Shown one piece after another: positions 40,008 through 49,201 of a stretch of DNA of 64,000 bases; the stretch's first letter is position 1, and every line of letters starts with the position of its first letter. The stretch comes from Pseudomonadota bacterium. Its GTDB lineage: Bacteria; Pseudomonadota; Gammaproteobacteria; JBCCGL01. The stretch spans positions 61-64,060 of the forward strand of contig JBCCGL010000010.1 in NCBI GenBank assembly GCA_039029275.1, given 5' to 3'. Below the pieces are notes generated by a model. The model searched no databases. It worked only from the letters and a program-made list of their open reading frames with translations, and was not told the DNA's origin. A program made the position numbers and the translations under genes.

Positions 40008-40458
40008 TTCCAGAAACAGTTAACGTATAACTAAAACGCTAGTGAGTTCTCACAGCAATTGAAAACGCATAACGACGGACGGCCAATATCATCATGATGG
40101 GCGGAAACGCTGTTGAAACAATACAATAGCGTGAATAAATTTTAAAAATTTAGACACCTCTTTATGAGAAATCAGAAAATCTTATCGACGAAAAACCGCT
40201 CAACTTTCAAAAACTAAAAATCAAAAGTCGTTCAAATTTAGTGCCAGTAAAAGTGCTCAACCACTAGTCGAGTTGTTACACCCTCTCATCCTGCAAACCA
40301 CTGCATCAGAAGCAGAATTTAACGATGCTAATTCAAAGACGCGACGAGTCGCTAACACGTTAGGCTTTTGAACAGTTGATTCGCGCGAACTTGCCTAGGC
40401 ACGTAATTCGCTACACTAACACCATAGAGTCACCCATGGCACACGAGATCACTCAAAA

Positions 40459-41712
40459 ATGTTGTTGAGAACTGAACTGAGTAAGTTCGCGATAGTGATC
40501 GCAACAGCATTCACTCTTATCATTACAAGCGTCACCGCTTCCGCCGGCTCGCGCGAAAAGGCTAAGCGCATTCATGATCGCCTGGCTGGCGTTCCTGCCA
40601 GTCAAGCAGTCCTTGATGACATGGTTAGCGACATCGACGGCATTGGCGATGGCAGCGGGACATTTGACGGAACACCCGCTGGAGCAGCCTACACGGCGAT
40701 GCAAAACAGCGCTTTTTACAACGTCACGCTGAAAAATTTTGCGATGCCCTGGACCAACCGTGAGTTCACAGTATTCGCCCCACTCAACGATTACGTCGCG
40801 ACCTTCATAGGCATGGTGCGCGATGACGTACCGATGAACCAGGCGCTCTCGGCGGACATTCTTTACATCGGCAGTGGCGGAAGTATCCCGGCCTATTCCA
40901 ACAGCGACAACGCGCATTACGAGGCGTTGGACGATCAAGGCGTTAACCTGCGTGACAACCTTATCCAGACAACGCAGTCTGCCGTTACCGGATTAGATTC
41001 ATCTGCCACCGCGGGTTTGATGACCACGCGCGCGGCGGCTAAATCGTTTTTTATCGCGGGTACAAACCGCGCGATGTTCCGCTTTACGATGCTTAATCAT
41101 CTGTGTCACGACATGGAACAGGTTGCCGACATTACCCGAGCGCCGGATCGCATCCGTCAGGATGTTTCGCGCAGTCCCGGGGGTGACAGCCGTATATTCC
41201 TGAACAACTGTATCGGTTGCCACAGCGGCATGGACGCGATGGCTCAGGCTTTTGCTTACTATGATTTCGCCTTCGACGCGGACAACGACCCAGAGGCCGA
41301 AAATGGCATCATGACCTACAACGGACCGGGCGTCGTTGACGAGGTTACCGGCACCCGCGTGCACTCCAAGTACTTTAACAATAACAGCAACTTTGACCCC
41401 GGCTTTGTCACACTTGACGATCGCTGGAGCAACTACTGGCGTGCGGGCCAGAACAAATTGCTCGGGTGGAGCGATCCATCTGAGGCAATGCGCCACGGCA
41501 ACGGCGCCAAATCGCTGGGTGAAGAACTCGCCAACAGCGAGGCATACGCGCGCTGTCAGGTTGAAAAAGTGTTTAGAGCGGTGTGTCTGCGTGATCCTGT
41601 TGACGCCGGCGACCGAGGTCAGATCGATACCATGATCGGTGACTTCATCACCAGCAATTACAACCTCAAGCAGCCGTTTGCCCAAAGTGCGCTGTTTTGC
41701 AGCGGGTCGTGA
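40459..41712 (+). CDS. secreted mono-haem (CxxCH) protein, 417 aa
   Basis: Signal peptide 'IATAFTLIITSVTASA'. Single 'NNCIGCHSGMD' haem-binding motif. No recognised enzymatic family. Confidence 0.65.
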   Translation: MLLRTELSKFAIVIATAFTLIITSVTASAGSREKAKRIHDRLAGVPASQAVLDDMVSDIDGIGDGSGTFDGTPAGAAYTAMQNSAFYNVTLKNFAMPWTNREFTVFAPLNDYVATFIGMVRDDVPMNQALSADILYIGSGGSIPAYSNSDNAHYEALDDQGVNLRDNLIQTTQSAVTGLDSSATAGLMTTRAAAKSFFIAGTNRAMFRFTMLNHLCHDMEQVADITRAPDRIRQDVSRSPGGDSRIFLNNCIGCHSGMDAMAQAFAYYDFAFDADNDPEAENGIMTYNGPGVVDEVTGTRVHSKYFNNNSNFDPGFVTLDDRWSNYWRAGQNKLLGWSDPSEAMRHGNGAKSLGEELANSEAYARCQVEKVFRAVCLRDPVDAGDRGQIDTMIGDFITSNYNLKQPFAQSALFCSGS

Positions 41713-41807
41713 TCATGCGTAGCCGGTCAAGCCAAACTATGAATGCACCCGCACCTGCGCTGCGTCAGTTGCACCGTCTCGAGCGCAACGATGCATTGCG
41801 GTCACGA

Positions 41808-44267
41808 ATGTCGTCTTTCCTTCTTTGGGCGATGATGATCGGCTTACTGCTGCTCAGTGGGTGTGGCGGTGGTGGCGGTGCTGATACCACATCCAATCCG
41901 CCTGGCGGCGGCGAGGGTGGTGGCGACTACAATGGACCCGCGCCACAAACAGCAGACGTTCAAGCCTTTCGCCTTGCACTGTGGGAAAACGTGCGAGACG
42001 AGAACCGTTGCGGTGCCTGCCACAGTGCGGTTGGCGGGCAAGACCCCATGTTTGCGCGCAGCGATGACGTCAACCTCGCTTACGCCGCTGCGATTATGCC
42101 GGTTGTTAATCGAGGTGATCCGGATGAGTCCTTGCTGGTAACCCAGGTCGCAGACGGCCACTTCTGCTGGTTGACGAGCAACGAGGCCTGCGCCGACACG
42201 ATGGAAAACTACATCGAAAACTGGATTGGTGGCAGCGGCGGTGCAGTAAATGAAATTGAATTATCAATACCCATACAAAAAGACGTTGGCGAGAGCAAAA
42301 ACTTTCCTGACGACTCGAGCGGTTTCAGCCCGATCCACACTTTGCTGACGACCTACTGCGCAGACTGCCATGTCGACAGCGTGGATCTCCCGCAACAGCC
42401 GTACTTTGCGGTAAGCGATATCGATGCGGCCTACGACGTGGTCAAAAGCAAGATCAACCTCGACACACCCGAAGATTCGCGTCTGGTCGTTCGCCTAGGA
42501 AGCGAATTCCACAACTGCTGGGATGATTGCACGGCAAACGCCGATGAAATGGAAACGGCGATTCAAACCTTTTCCGACAGTATTGTCCCGACTGAAGTTG
42601 ATCCGGATCTCGTGATAAGTAAAGCGCTGTTGTTGGGCGATGGAATCGTCGCCAGCAGCGGCGGACGCTTCGAAACCAACGTGATCGCGCTGTACGAGTT
42701 TAAAACCGGAACCGGATCCACGGCCTTCGACACCAGCGGCGTTGAGCCCGCAATTAATATGACGTTCAGTGGCGACGTCGAGTGGGTCGGCGGTTATGGT
42801 ATCCGCGTGACCGAAGGCGGCAAGGCACAAGGTTTGACCGACACCAGCCAGAAACTGCGCGATCGAATCACCCTCACTGGTGAATACAGTATTGAGGCAT
42901 GGGTCGTGCCCGGTAACGTGGTGCAGGAAGATGCCAACATCATCAGCTATTCCGGCTCCGATACCAGTCGTAACTTTACGCTGGGTCAAACGATGTACAA
43001 CTACGACTTCTTCCATCGCAGTAGCACCACGGGTGCCAACGGCGACCCCGCACACTCCACTAACGATGACGACGAGGACTTACAGGCAACCCTGCAACAC
43101 GTGGTTGTCACGTACGATCCGGCTAACGGCCGCAGGATTTACGTCAACGGCGTGTTCACAGATGACATCGACGAAACCGAGGGCGGTAATCTGTCCGACT
43201 GGGCCAGTAACTTTGCACTGGTTTTCGGGAACGAAACATCGGGCAATCGCGAGTGGGAAGGCACCTTGCGTTTGGTCGCGATTCACGAGCGCGCCCTGAC
43301 TGAAGAGCAGATTCTCACCAACTTCGAAGTCGGCGTCGGTCAGAAGTTTTACCTGCTGTTCAACGTCAGCGATCACGTCGGTCTGCCCGATGCCTATGTG
43401 GTGTTTGCGGTCAGTCAGTTCGATTCCTACAGCTACCTGTTTGAGGAGCCGTTCTTTATCAGTCTCGACGAAACGGCGGTGCCTAACAGTGTTCCGATGA
43501 TGGGTATGCGCATCGGCATCAACGGGCGCGAGGCCACGATCGGTCAGGCCTATCGAACGCTCGACACAACGCTGGAAGCCGCCGACTACTCAGCCGCAAG
43601 TGGATTAAGTCTGTCGCCGACGGGAACGATCATCGGCCTGGAAAAAGGCCCAGAAAGTGACGAATTCTTCCTCACTTTTGAACTGCTCGGCAGCAGCTCT
43701 AATGTCGTGGTAGAAGCAGATCCGATTGCACCACCCACTCCACCGGACGGTGCGCCTGTCTCTGACATTGGCGTGCGCACTTTCGACGAAATCAACTACT
43801 CGATGGCCGAACTGACCGGCGTCAGCATCACCAATTCCAACGTGTTAGAGACCTATGAAACTGTTAAGCAGCAGCTGCCAACGACGGAAAACGCACAAAC
43901 ATTTTTATCATCGCATCAGGTGGCAATTTCGCAGCTGGCGATCGAGTACTGCAGCGAGTTAGTGGACAACACGACCTTGCGCGACGGCTTTTTTAACGAC
44001 GGCACCGCATTTAACTTCGCCGCGCCTCCCGGCACCGCGGCTCCGCTGGGGACCAATTGGGAATTTCAAGTTGTGCTTCCGCTGGTCGATGCAGTAACGC
44101 AATCCACCGATTTACAGCCAATGGCTGTTGGTCCGACTCGAACCGACATGCGCGATGAACTTCTCGCCCTGATTACGCGTCTTGGCGGTAGCGGAACCGC
44201 GACCAATAGTATCGCTAAAGGCACCTGTGCCGCGGCTCTGGGCAGTGCCGCCCTGTTAGTCCAATAA
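41808..44267 (+). CDS. lipoprotein with two CxxCH haem motifs and a LamG (concanavalin-A-like) domain
   Basis: Lipobox 'LLLSGCGGGG'. 'RCGACHS' and 'YCADCHV'. LamG-like core 'YSIEAWVVP...HVVVTYDPANGRRIYVNGV...LVFGNE'. Start placed at the Met preceding the lipobox; the ORF could start at 41697. Confidence 0.65.
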   Translation: MSSFLLWAMMIGLLLLSGCGGGGGADTTSNPPGGGEGGGDYNGPAPQTADVQAFRLALWENVRDENRCGACHSAVGGQDPMFARSDDVNLAYAAAIMPVVNRGDPDESLLVTQVADGHFCWLTSNEACADTMENYIENWIGGSGGAVNEIELSIPIQKDVGESKNFPDDSSGFSPIHTLLTTYCADCHVDSVDLPQQPYFAVSDIDAAYDVVKSKINLDTPEDSRLVVRLGSEFHNCWDDCTANADEMETAIQTFSDSIVPTEVDPDLVISKALLLGDGIVASSGGRFETNVIALYEFKTGTGSTAFDTSGVEPAINMTFSGDVEWVGGYGIRVTEGGKAQGLTDTSQKLRDRITLTGEYSIEAWVVPGNVVQEDANIISYSGSDTSRNFTLGQTMYNYDFFHRSSTTGANGDPAHSTNDDDEDLQATLQHVVVTYDPANGRRIYVNGVFTDDIDETEGGNLSDWASNFALVFGNETSGNREWEGTLRLVAIHERALTEEQILTNFEVGVGQKFYLLFNVSDHVGLPDAYVVFAVSQFDSYSYLFEEPFFISLDETAVPNSVPMMGMRIGINGREATIGQAYRTLDTTLEAADYSAASGLSLSPTGTIIGLEKGPESDEFFLTFELLGSSSNVVVEADPIAPPTPPDGAPVSDIGVRTFDEINYSMAELTGVSITNSNVLETYETVKQQLPTTENAQTFLSSHQVAISQLAIEYCSELVDNTTLRDGFFNDGTAFNFAAPPGTAAPLGTNWEFQVVLPLVDAVTQSTDLQPMAVGPTRTDMRDELLALITRLGGSGTATNSIAKGTCAAALGSAALLVQ

Positions 44268-44315
44268 GCTTATGTTTTTACTGAAAATGGTTATTAGCTC
44301 TGTGGGATTTATCCG

Positions 44316-45959
44316 ATGAAGTACAAATCCAAAAAACCCGATTACTCCGATCCTGACGAACCGTTGCCACAACCGGATCACGAACGCCCGGTCACGCGAC
44401 GCGACTTTCTTGCTCAAGGTTTCATTGGCGGTGTCGGGACGGTGCTCGGCACCACTGCGCTCAGCATGTTTGCGAACCCTCGGGCGGCCTACTCGGCGCT
44501 ATCGCCTGATCTGGAATTGTTAAAAACAAGCTGCGGCATCGCGACCCAGGGGGCGGGTAAAATACCGTTTATCTGCATTGACCTTGCTGGCGGCGCAAGC
44601 ATGGGCGGTTCGAACGTACTCGTCGGCAGACAGGGAGGACAGATGGATTTCCTCACTACCGCCGGGTACAGCCGACTCGGGCTTCCGGGCGATATGATCC
44701 CCGGCGTTGCGGAGCCCGGTGGGGCAGGCAGCAGCGCCACTGGCACCAGCAATGGCGATCACACCGACACAACTCTGGGGCTTGGCTTTCACGCAGACAG
44801 CGCGTTTTTACGCGGTATGCTCGAGAAGATATCGATCTCACATCGGGCGTTAATTAATGGTGCAGTTATTCCTGCACGTTCGGAGAACGACACTGGCAAC
44901 AACCCACACAATCCGATGTATGGCATCAATAAATTGGGAGCCGACGGCTCGTTGCTGACATTAATTGGGTCAGAGAATTCTGTTTCTGGTGGAAATTCGA
45001 TGGCTCCGGACGCGCTGATTGATCCATCCGCGCAACCCACCAAGGTTGACCAGCCGAGCGACGTTACTGGTCTTGTCGATACCGGCAAACTGATTGGCGT
45101 GCTCGACCAATCGGACGCAGTTTCCGTGCTCGAATCGATTCAACGTGTCAGCTCGATGAAGCTTGACGCGGTTGCCGCAGAGTTCAGCGATACTGACATT
45201 CAGGATCAGATGAACTGCGGATACGTCAAAAGCGCTGACTTGGCCGATCGGTTTGGTGATCCATCCACGCTTAATCCAGAGGGTGATCCTCTGATAAACG
45301 GTACAGACGCGGTGTTTAATACGCCGATCTTTACCGCCGACGATTTCAATGACCGCGAGTTTCGCAAAACCGCATCGGTGATGAAGTTGGTGATCAACGG
45401 ATTTGCAGGCGCCGGCACGATTTCGATGGGAGGTTACGATTATCACGGGGGTGCCAGAGCACGCGGCGAGGTGCGCGATTTACGCGCCGGTCGCTGCATG
45501 GGCGCCTGTCTCGAATACGCCGCGCGTGTTAATGTGCCGTTGATGCTGTATGTCTCCAGCGACGGCTCACTTTCAAGTGACGGTACGATTGATAATACTG
45601 AAGACGGTCGCGGAAAGGGTGAATGGGTCAGCGACAATTCATCCACTGCAGCATCGTTCTTTCTGGTCTATAACCCCGCCGGGCGGCCCACATTGTTAGG
45701 CGGGACGCTTGACCAACAGGCGATGCATCAGCAGCTAGGGTATTTCAGGCCGGACGGATCGGTGGAAACGACATCGAGCCCGGCAGCAAATAACGTTAAT
45801 CTTCTGGTTAATACAGTTTTGCTCAACTACGCCGCACTGCACGGTGATCAAGCGGCGTTCACCAGTTTGTTTCCGGGCAACAGTCACGGGCTCGGCAGCA
45901 CAGCCGCCGCGCTCGATTCGATGACGGCCTTCAATCCGATAGTTACCGGAACAATTTAG
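44316..45959 (+). CDS. Tat-exported protein (DUF1501/DUF1552-like?), 547 aa
   Basis: Twin-arginine signal 'TRRDFLAQGFIGGVGTVLG'. 'KIPFICIDLAGGASMGG' resembles the metal-site region of alkaline-phosphatase-fold DUF1501 proteins. Confidence 0.6.
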   Translation: MKYKSKKPDYSDPDEPLPQPDHERPVTRRDFLAQGFIGGVGTVLGTTALSMFANPRAAYSALSPDLELLKTSCGIATQGAGKIPFICIDLAGGASMGGSNVLVGRQGGQMDFLTTAGYSRLGLPGDMIPGVAEPGGAGSSATGTSNGDHTDTTLGLGFHADSAFLRGMLEKISISHRALINGAVIPARSENDTGNNPHNPMYGINKLGADGSLLTLIGSENSVSGGNSMAPDALIDPSAQPTKVDQPSDVTGLVDTGKLIGVLDQSDAVSVLESIQRVSSMKLDAVAAEFSDTDIQDQMNCGYVKSADLADRFGDPSTLNPEGDPLINGTDAVFNTPIFTADDFNDREFRKTASVMKLVINGFAGAGTISMGGYDYHGGARARGEVRDLRAGRCMGACLEYAARVNVPLMLYVSSDGSLSSDGTIDNTEDGRGKGEWVSDNSSTAASFFLVYNPAGRPTLLGGTLDQQAMHQQLGYFRPDGSVETTSSPAANNVNLLVNTVLLNYAALHGDQAAFTSLFPGNSHGLGSTAAALDSMTAFNPIVTGTI

Positions 45960-46108
45960 TCCTCTGTTTCCTACGGGTGCATTGGGGAGCGAATTCGCTC
46001 CCTTTTTCTTTTGCACCCGGTGAATCTTTCGAATTGAAAGAAAACCATTGCTGTTCGTGCTAGTCTCGCGGCAACTTTTTTCTACGCCCCGTTCAATCTG
46101 CCATCACC

Positions 46109-46885
46109 ATGTGCCGCCACGCCGCTTACATCGGCCCTGCGATCTCGCTCGCGCAATGCTTTCTCGAACCCGAGCACGGACTTCTGCAACAGGCGGAACA
46201 TCCGCGTGAAATGCGCGTCGGGCGCGTTAACGCAGACGGCTTCGGTATTGGCTGGTTTATCGACAGAGACAAACCAGCAGCGTACAAAAATATTCAACCC
46301 ATTTGGTCAGACACTAATCTAAGCGCACTAGGGGTTTCCTTATTCAGCACACAGTGGATCGGGCTCGTGCGCGGCGCATCACCAGGACTGGGCGTGAGCA
46401 TCGACAACACTCATCCGTTTTATGACAATAGATGGCATTTCACGCTGAATGGGATTATTACTGATTTCGCAAACACGCTGCGTCCCGCGATCAACAATCG
46501 ATTGAGCGATGACATTTCAGCGACCATTATGGGGCACACAGATGCCGAGTTTATTTTTGCCTTGATGCGTCAGTTCTCTCTCGAAGAGCCTGATTCATCA
46601 ACCACACAACTCTTGCAAAAAGTTGTGGATTTTCTGGAGGAGGTTGCAGGCGATATCGAAATCGCGCTTAGTGTTTTGGTTTGCGAGAAAGATTCAATGT
46701 ATGCGATCCGCCACTCGGTTAACTTGCCTTTTCCAACGCTTTACTACAGCGAAGAGTATGTTGGCGGTGTTGCCGTGGCATCCGAACCCATGACTGATCG
46801 CCGGTACTGGAAGCTGATGCCAGAGCAAAGTCTATTAATTGCCGAGGCAAATAAACGTGTCAGGTTTGAGCGTGTCGGCAAATAG
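46109..46885 (+). CDS. class-II (Ntn) glutamine amidotransferase, EgtC-like
   Basis: 'MCRHAAYIG' N-terminal Cys nucleophile. 258 aa. GATase_4/6 family features 'RVNADGFGIGWF'. Confidence 0.75.
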   Translation: MCRHAAYIGPAISLAQCFLEPEHGLLQQAEHPREMRVGRVNADGFGIGWFIDRDKPAAYKNIQPIWSDTNLSALGVSLFSTQWIGLVRGASPGLGVSIDNTHPFYDNRWHFTLNGIITDFANTLRPAINNRLSDDISATIMGHTDAEFIFALMRQFSLEEPDSSTTQLLQKVVDFLEEVAGDIEIALSVLVCEKDSMYAIRHSVNLPFPTLYYSEEYVGGVAVASEPMTDRRYWKLMPEQSLLIAEANKRVRFERVGK

Positions 46886-46895
46886 CACATTCGAC

Positions 46896-47735
46896 ATGTT
46901 TGACAACCAGGACTTCGTCGCCGCGATACGCGCCCAGGTGGCGGCCGCTCTACATGAAGATATGGGCAGCGGAGATATCACCGCGGCTCTGTTAAACAAT
47001 CATGACGTGAACGCGCGAGTTGTTTGTCGCGATCGCGCGGTTGTATGCGGAACGGCCTGGTTTGATGAAGTGTTCAGGCAAATAGACGACACGATTGCCG
47101 TCTCATGGAAAAAGTCCGACGGCGACGAAGTCGACGCCGGAACAACTCTGTGTAGCTTAAGCGGTCCGGGGCCCGCAATATTAAGCGGTGAACGCACCGC
47201 GTTGAATTTTCTTCAAACACTGTCCGGAACGGCAAGCACGACGCGACTTTTTGCAGACGCACTCAAAGGCTCAAGCACACAATTACTCGATACGCGAAAA
47301 ACCATACCCGGCTTAAGGCTGGCGCAAAAATATGCAGTCAAGTGCGGTGGCGGAACGAATCACCGTGTTGGTCTGTTCGATGCATTTTTAATCAAAGAAA
47401 ATCACATTGCTGCAGCGGGCGGAATAGCAGAGGCATGCGCGCGCGCACGTAAAATGTATCAGGAAAAATTACTGGAGGTCGAAGTTGAAACCTTTGACGA
47501 ATTGCAGCAGGCGATTGACGCAAATGTCGACCGGATTATGTTGGATAATTTTTCATTGGAAGAAACCACACAAGCTGTTCGTATAGCAAACGGGCGGATA
47601 CCGCTGGAATCGTCCGGCGATATAAACATCAACTCGATTGCCAGGATCGCCGCAACGGGCGTTGACTATATCTCCATAGGCGCAATCACCAAACACGTCC
47701 AGGCGATTAATCTGTCGTTGCAGGTGCTCGACTAA
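46896..47735 (+). CDS. nadC: nicotinate-nucleotide pyrophosphorylase (carboxylating)
   Basis: QPRTase fold. About 280 aa from 'MFDNQDF'. C-terminal TIM-barrel motifs 'LDNF...GVDYISIGAIT'. Confidence 0.85.
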   Translation: MFDNQDFVAAIRAQVAAALHEDMGSGDITAALLNNHDVNARVVCRDRAVVCGTAWFDEVFRQIDDTIAVSWKKSDGDEVDAGTTLCSLSGPGPAILSGERTALNFLQTLSGTASTTRLFADALKGSSTQLLDTRKTIPGLRLAQKYAVKCGGGTNHRVGLFDAFLIKENHIAAAGGIAEACARARKMYQEKLLEVEVETFDELQQAIDANVDRIMLDNFSLEETTQAVRIANGRIPLESSGDININSIARIAATGVDYISIGAITKHVQAINLSLQVLD

Positions 47736-49051
47736 GCGGTGTAAATATCCAATTCGAGTCGCTTGATAAACAGCTCGACGTAGCGCTCAGACTCTGCTGG
47801 ATCAAATCCAAACTCCCGCTCAAGCACATCGGCCAGTTCACGATAAGTCATGTCCTGATTGACATGTGACAGGATATGAAAAAACGTCGCGTTTTCAATT
47901 TTGTAGCGTTCAAATTCTGGCGTGTAGCGTATTTTCTGCGGCGATGACGAGCGCGGAAATGCTTTCTCAGTCAACGCCGACGCAATCTGATTTGGTTGTT
48001 TTGCATCAATAAACAAAACGCTTTCCATCCGTTGTTGCGAATCCAGTGGACTCTGCAAATAGGGAATACTGGTTTGCTGCAAACTACAATCTGAAAATCG
48101 CAGCGTAAACTCCGCCTCGACCTCCTCACGGCACAGCTGGTGATGCTCTAGTGATTTGTGCACGTTTGCCGGTCCGAAGAACAACAATTTTCCCTCATCG
48201 CCGATCATTCGGCTTGCGCAATCCAGTGCGTCGCCAAAGGGAAAATCGACAACGTCCAGAAACCAGGGTGCAATCACAACGTCGAATGCCTTTTCTCGAA
48301 AAGGCATATTCGGAAACTCACACAGTATTTGTGCGTGGTTACAACTCGACAATTTTTCCGCTTTTATCTCCCAGGTTTGCGATGCGTGGTTCAAGTCGCG
48401 GGGGTATACGCTGTAATCAGTGAGCTTGAACGACTTACCTCTAAATATTTTATCTGCGCCTAGTGCGAGCAGCGGGTTGTGCTCTGCGGATATTACGCTC
48501 GTCGATGTAAAGTGATTGGCGAGGTGGTAACTCAGACCTCCCGCCCCCGATCCAAGTATCAAAATAGATTCAGTTTTTGCGTCAATATGTTCAACGCAAT
48601 ATTCAACGTAACGTGTGAGCTCCTCGTGTCCCCAACACCAATCGCGAAAGAACAATTGAAAGTAGCTGTAAATCTGCTGAGTTGAAGGCAAAGCAAGTGC
48701 GTCCTGGGGTTTCTTAAACTCGTTTAAAGTCGATTTCATCCAGGTCAAATTCTTACTGCGCGCTTGATGCTGCTGGCTCAGGCGTTTATTGGCGAGCGAA
48801 CCGCCCGAGTCATTCATTCGGATTTGTAAGTGCTTGAGGTAAAGCGCCTCGCGCTCAAAATAGCTGTGAACCTTTCGAGCCCACTCCAAGCGTGCATTTT
48901 CAGGATCGGCGAACAGCCATGGGATCCCATCGAGCATTGGATAACTGACGCTGCCTGCCGCGAACCCGTCTCCGCTCTTGCGAAGCAGATCGCCGGAGCC
49001 GGGGCATACGAGATTGGCAGCTAGAAAATCATCGATCGTCATACAATTCAA
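47732..49051 (-). CDS. SAM-dependent methyltransferase with N-terminal Trm112-like zinc-ribbon domain
   Basis: 'LVCPGSGDLL' Trm112p-like. Class-I MTase Gly-rich motif 'ILILGSGAGG'. 439 aa. Confidence 0.65.
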   Translation of the reverse strand: MNCMTIDDFLAANLVCPGSGDLLRKSGDGFAAGSVSYPMLDGIPWLFADPENARLEWARKVHSYFEREALYLKHLQIRMNDSGGSLANKRLSQQHQARSKNLTWMKSTLNEFKKPQDALALPSTQQIYSYFQLFFRDWCWGHEELTRYVEYCVEHIDAKTESILILGSGAGGLSYHLANHFTSTSVISAEHNPLLALGADKIFRGKSFKLTDYSVYPRDLNHASQTWEIKAEKLSSCNHAQILCEFPNMPFREKAFDVVIAPWFLDVVDFPFGDALDCASRMIGDEGKLLFFGPANVHKSLEHHQLCREEVEAEFTLRFSDCSLQQTSIPYLQSPLDSQQRMESVLFIDAKQPNQIASALTEKAFPRSSSPQKIRYTPEFERYKIENATFFHILSHVNQDMTYRELADVLEREFGFDPAESERYVELFIKRLELDIYTA

Positions 49052-49201
49052 AATTAGTCGATTACGCGCTCTATTCTAGCGGTTAATAACTACATCGCGT
49101 GGATTACTGATCGTTCGTGTACAACCGCACAGCGGTTGTATCGTTAAGGCAGGTTTAATTTTTGTATGGCGAAACACACAGCAGTAGTGAATAAATGCCC
49201 T

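Noticed and set aside
40008-40458. Possible tRNA or small RNA gene in the long intergenic region
   Set aside because: No cloverleaf-compatible acceptor/T-arm pairing was recognisable by eye, and the region is AT-rich with low complexity. It is kept only as a regulatory-region finding.
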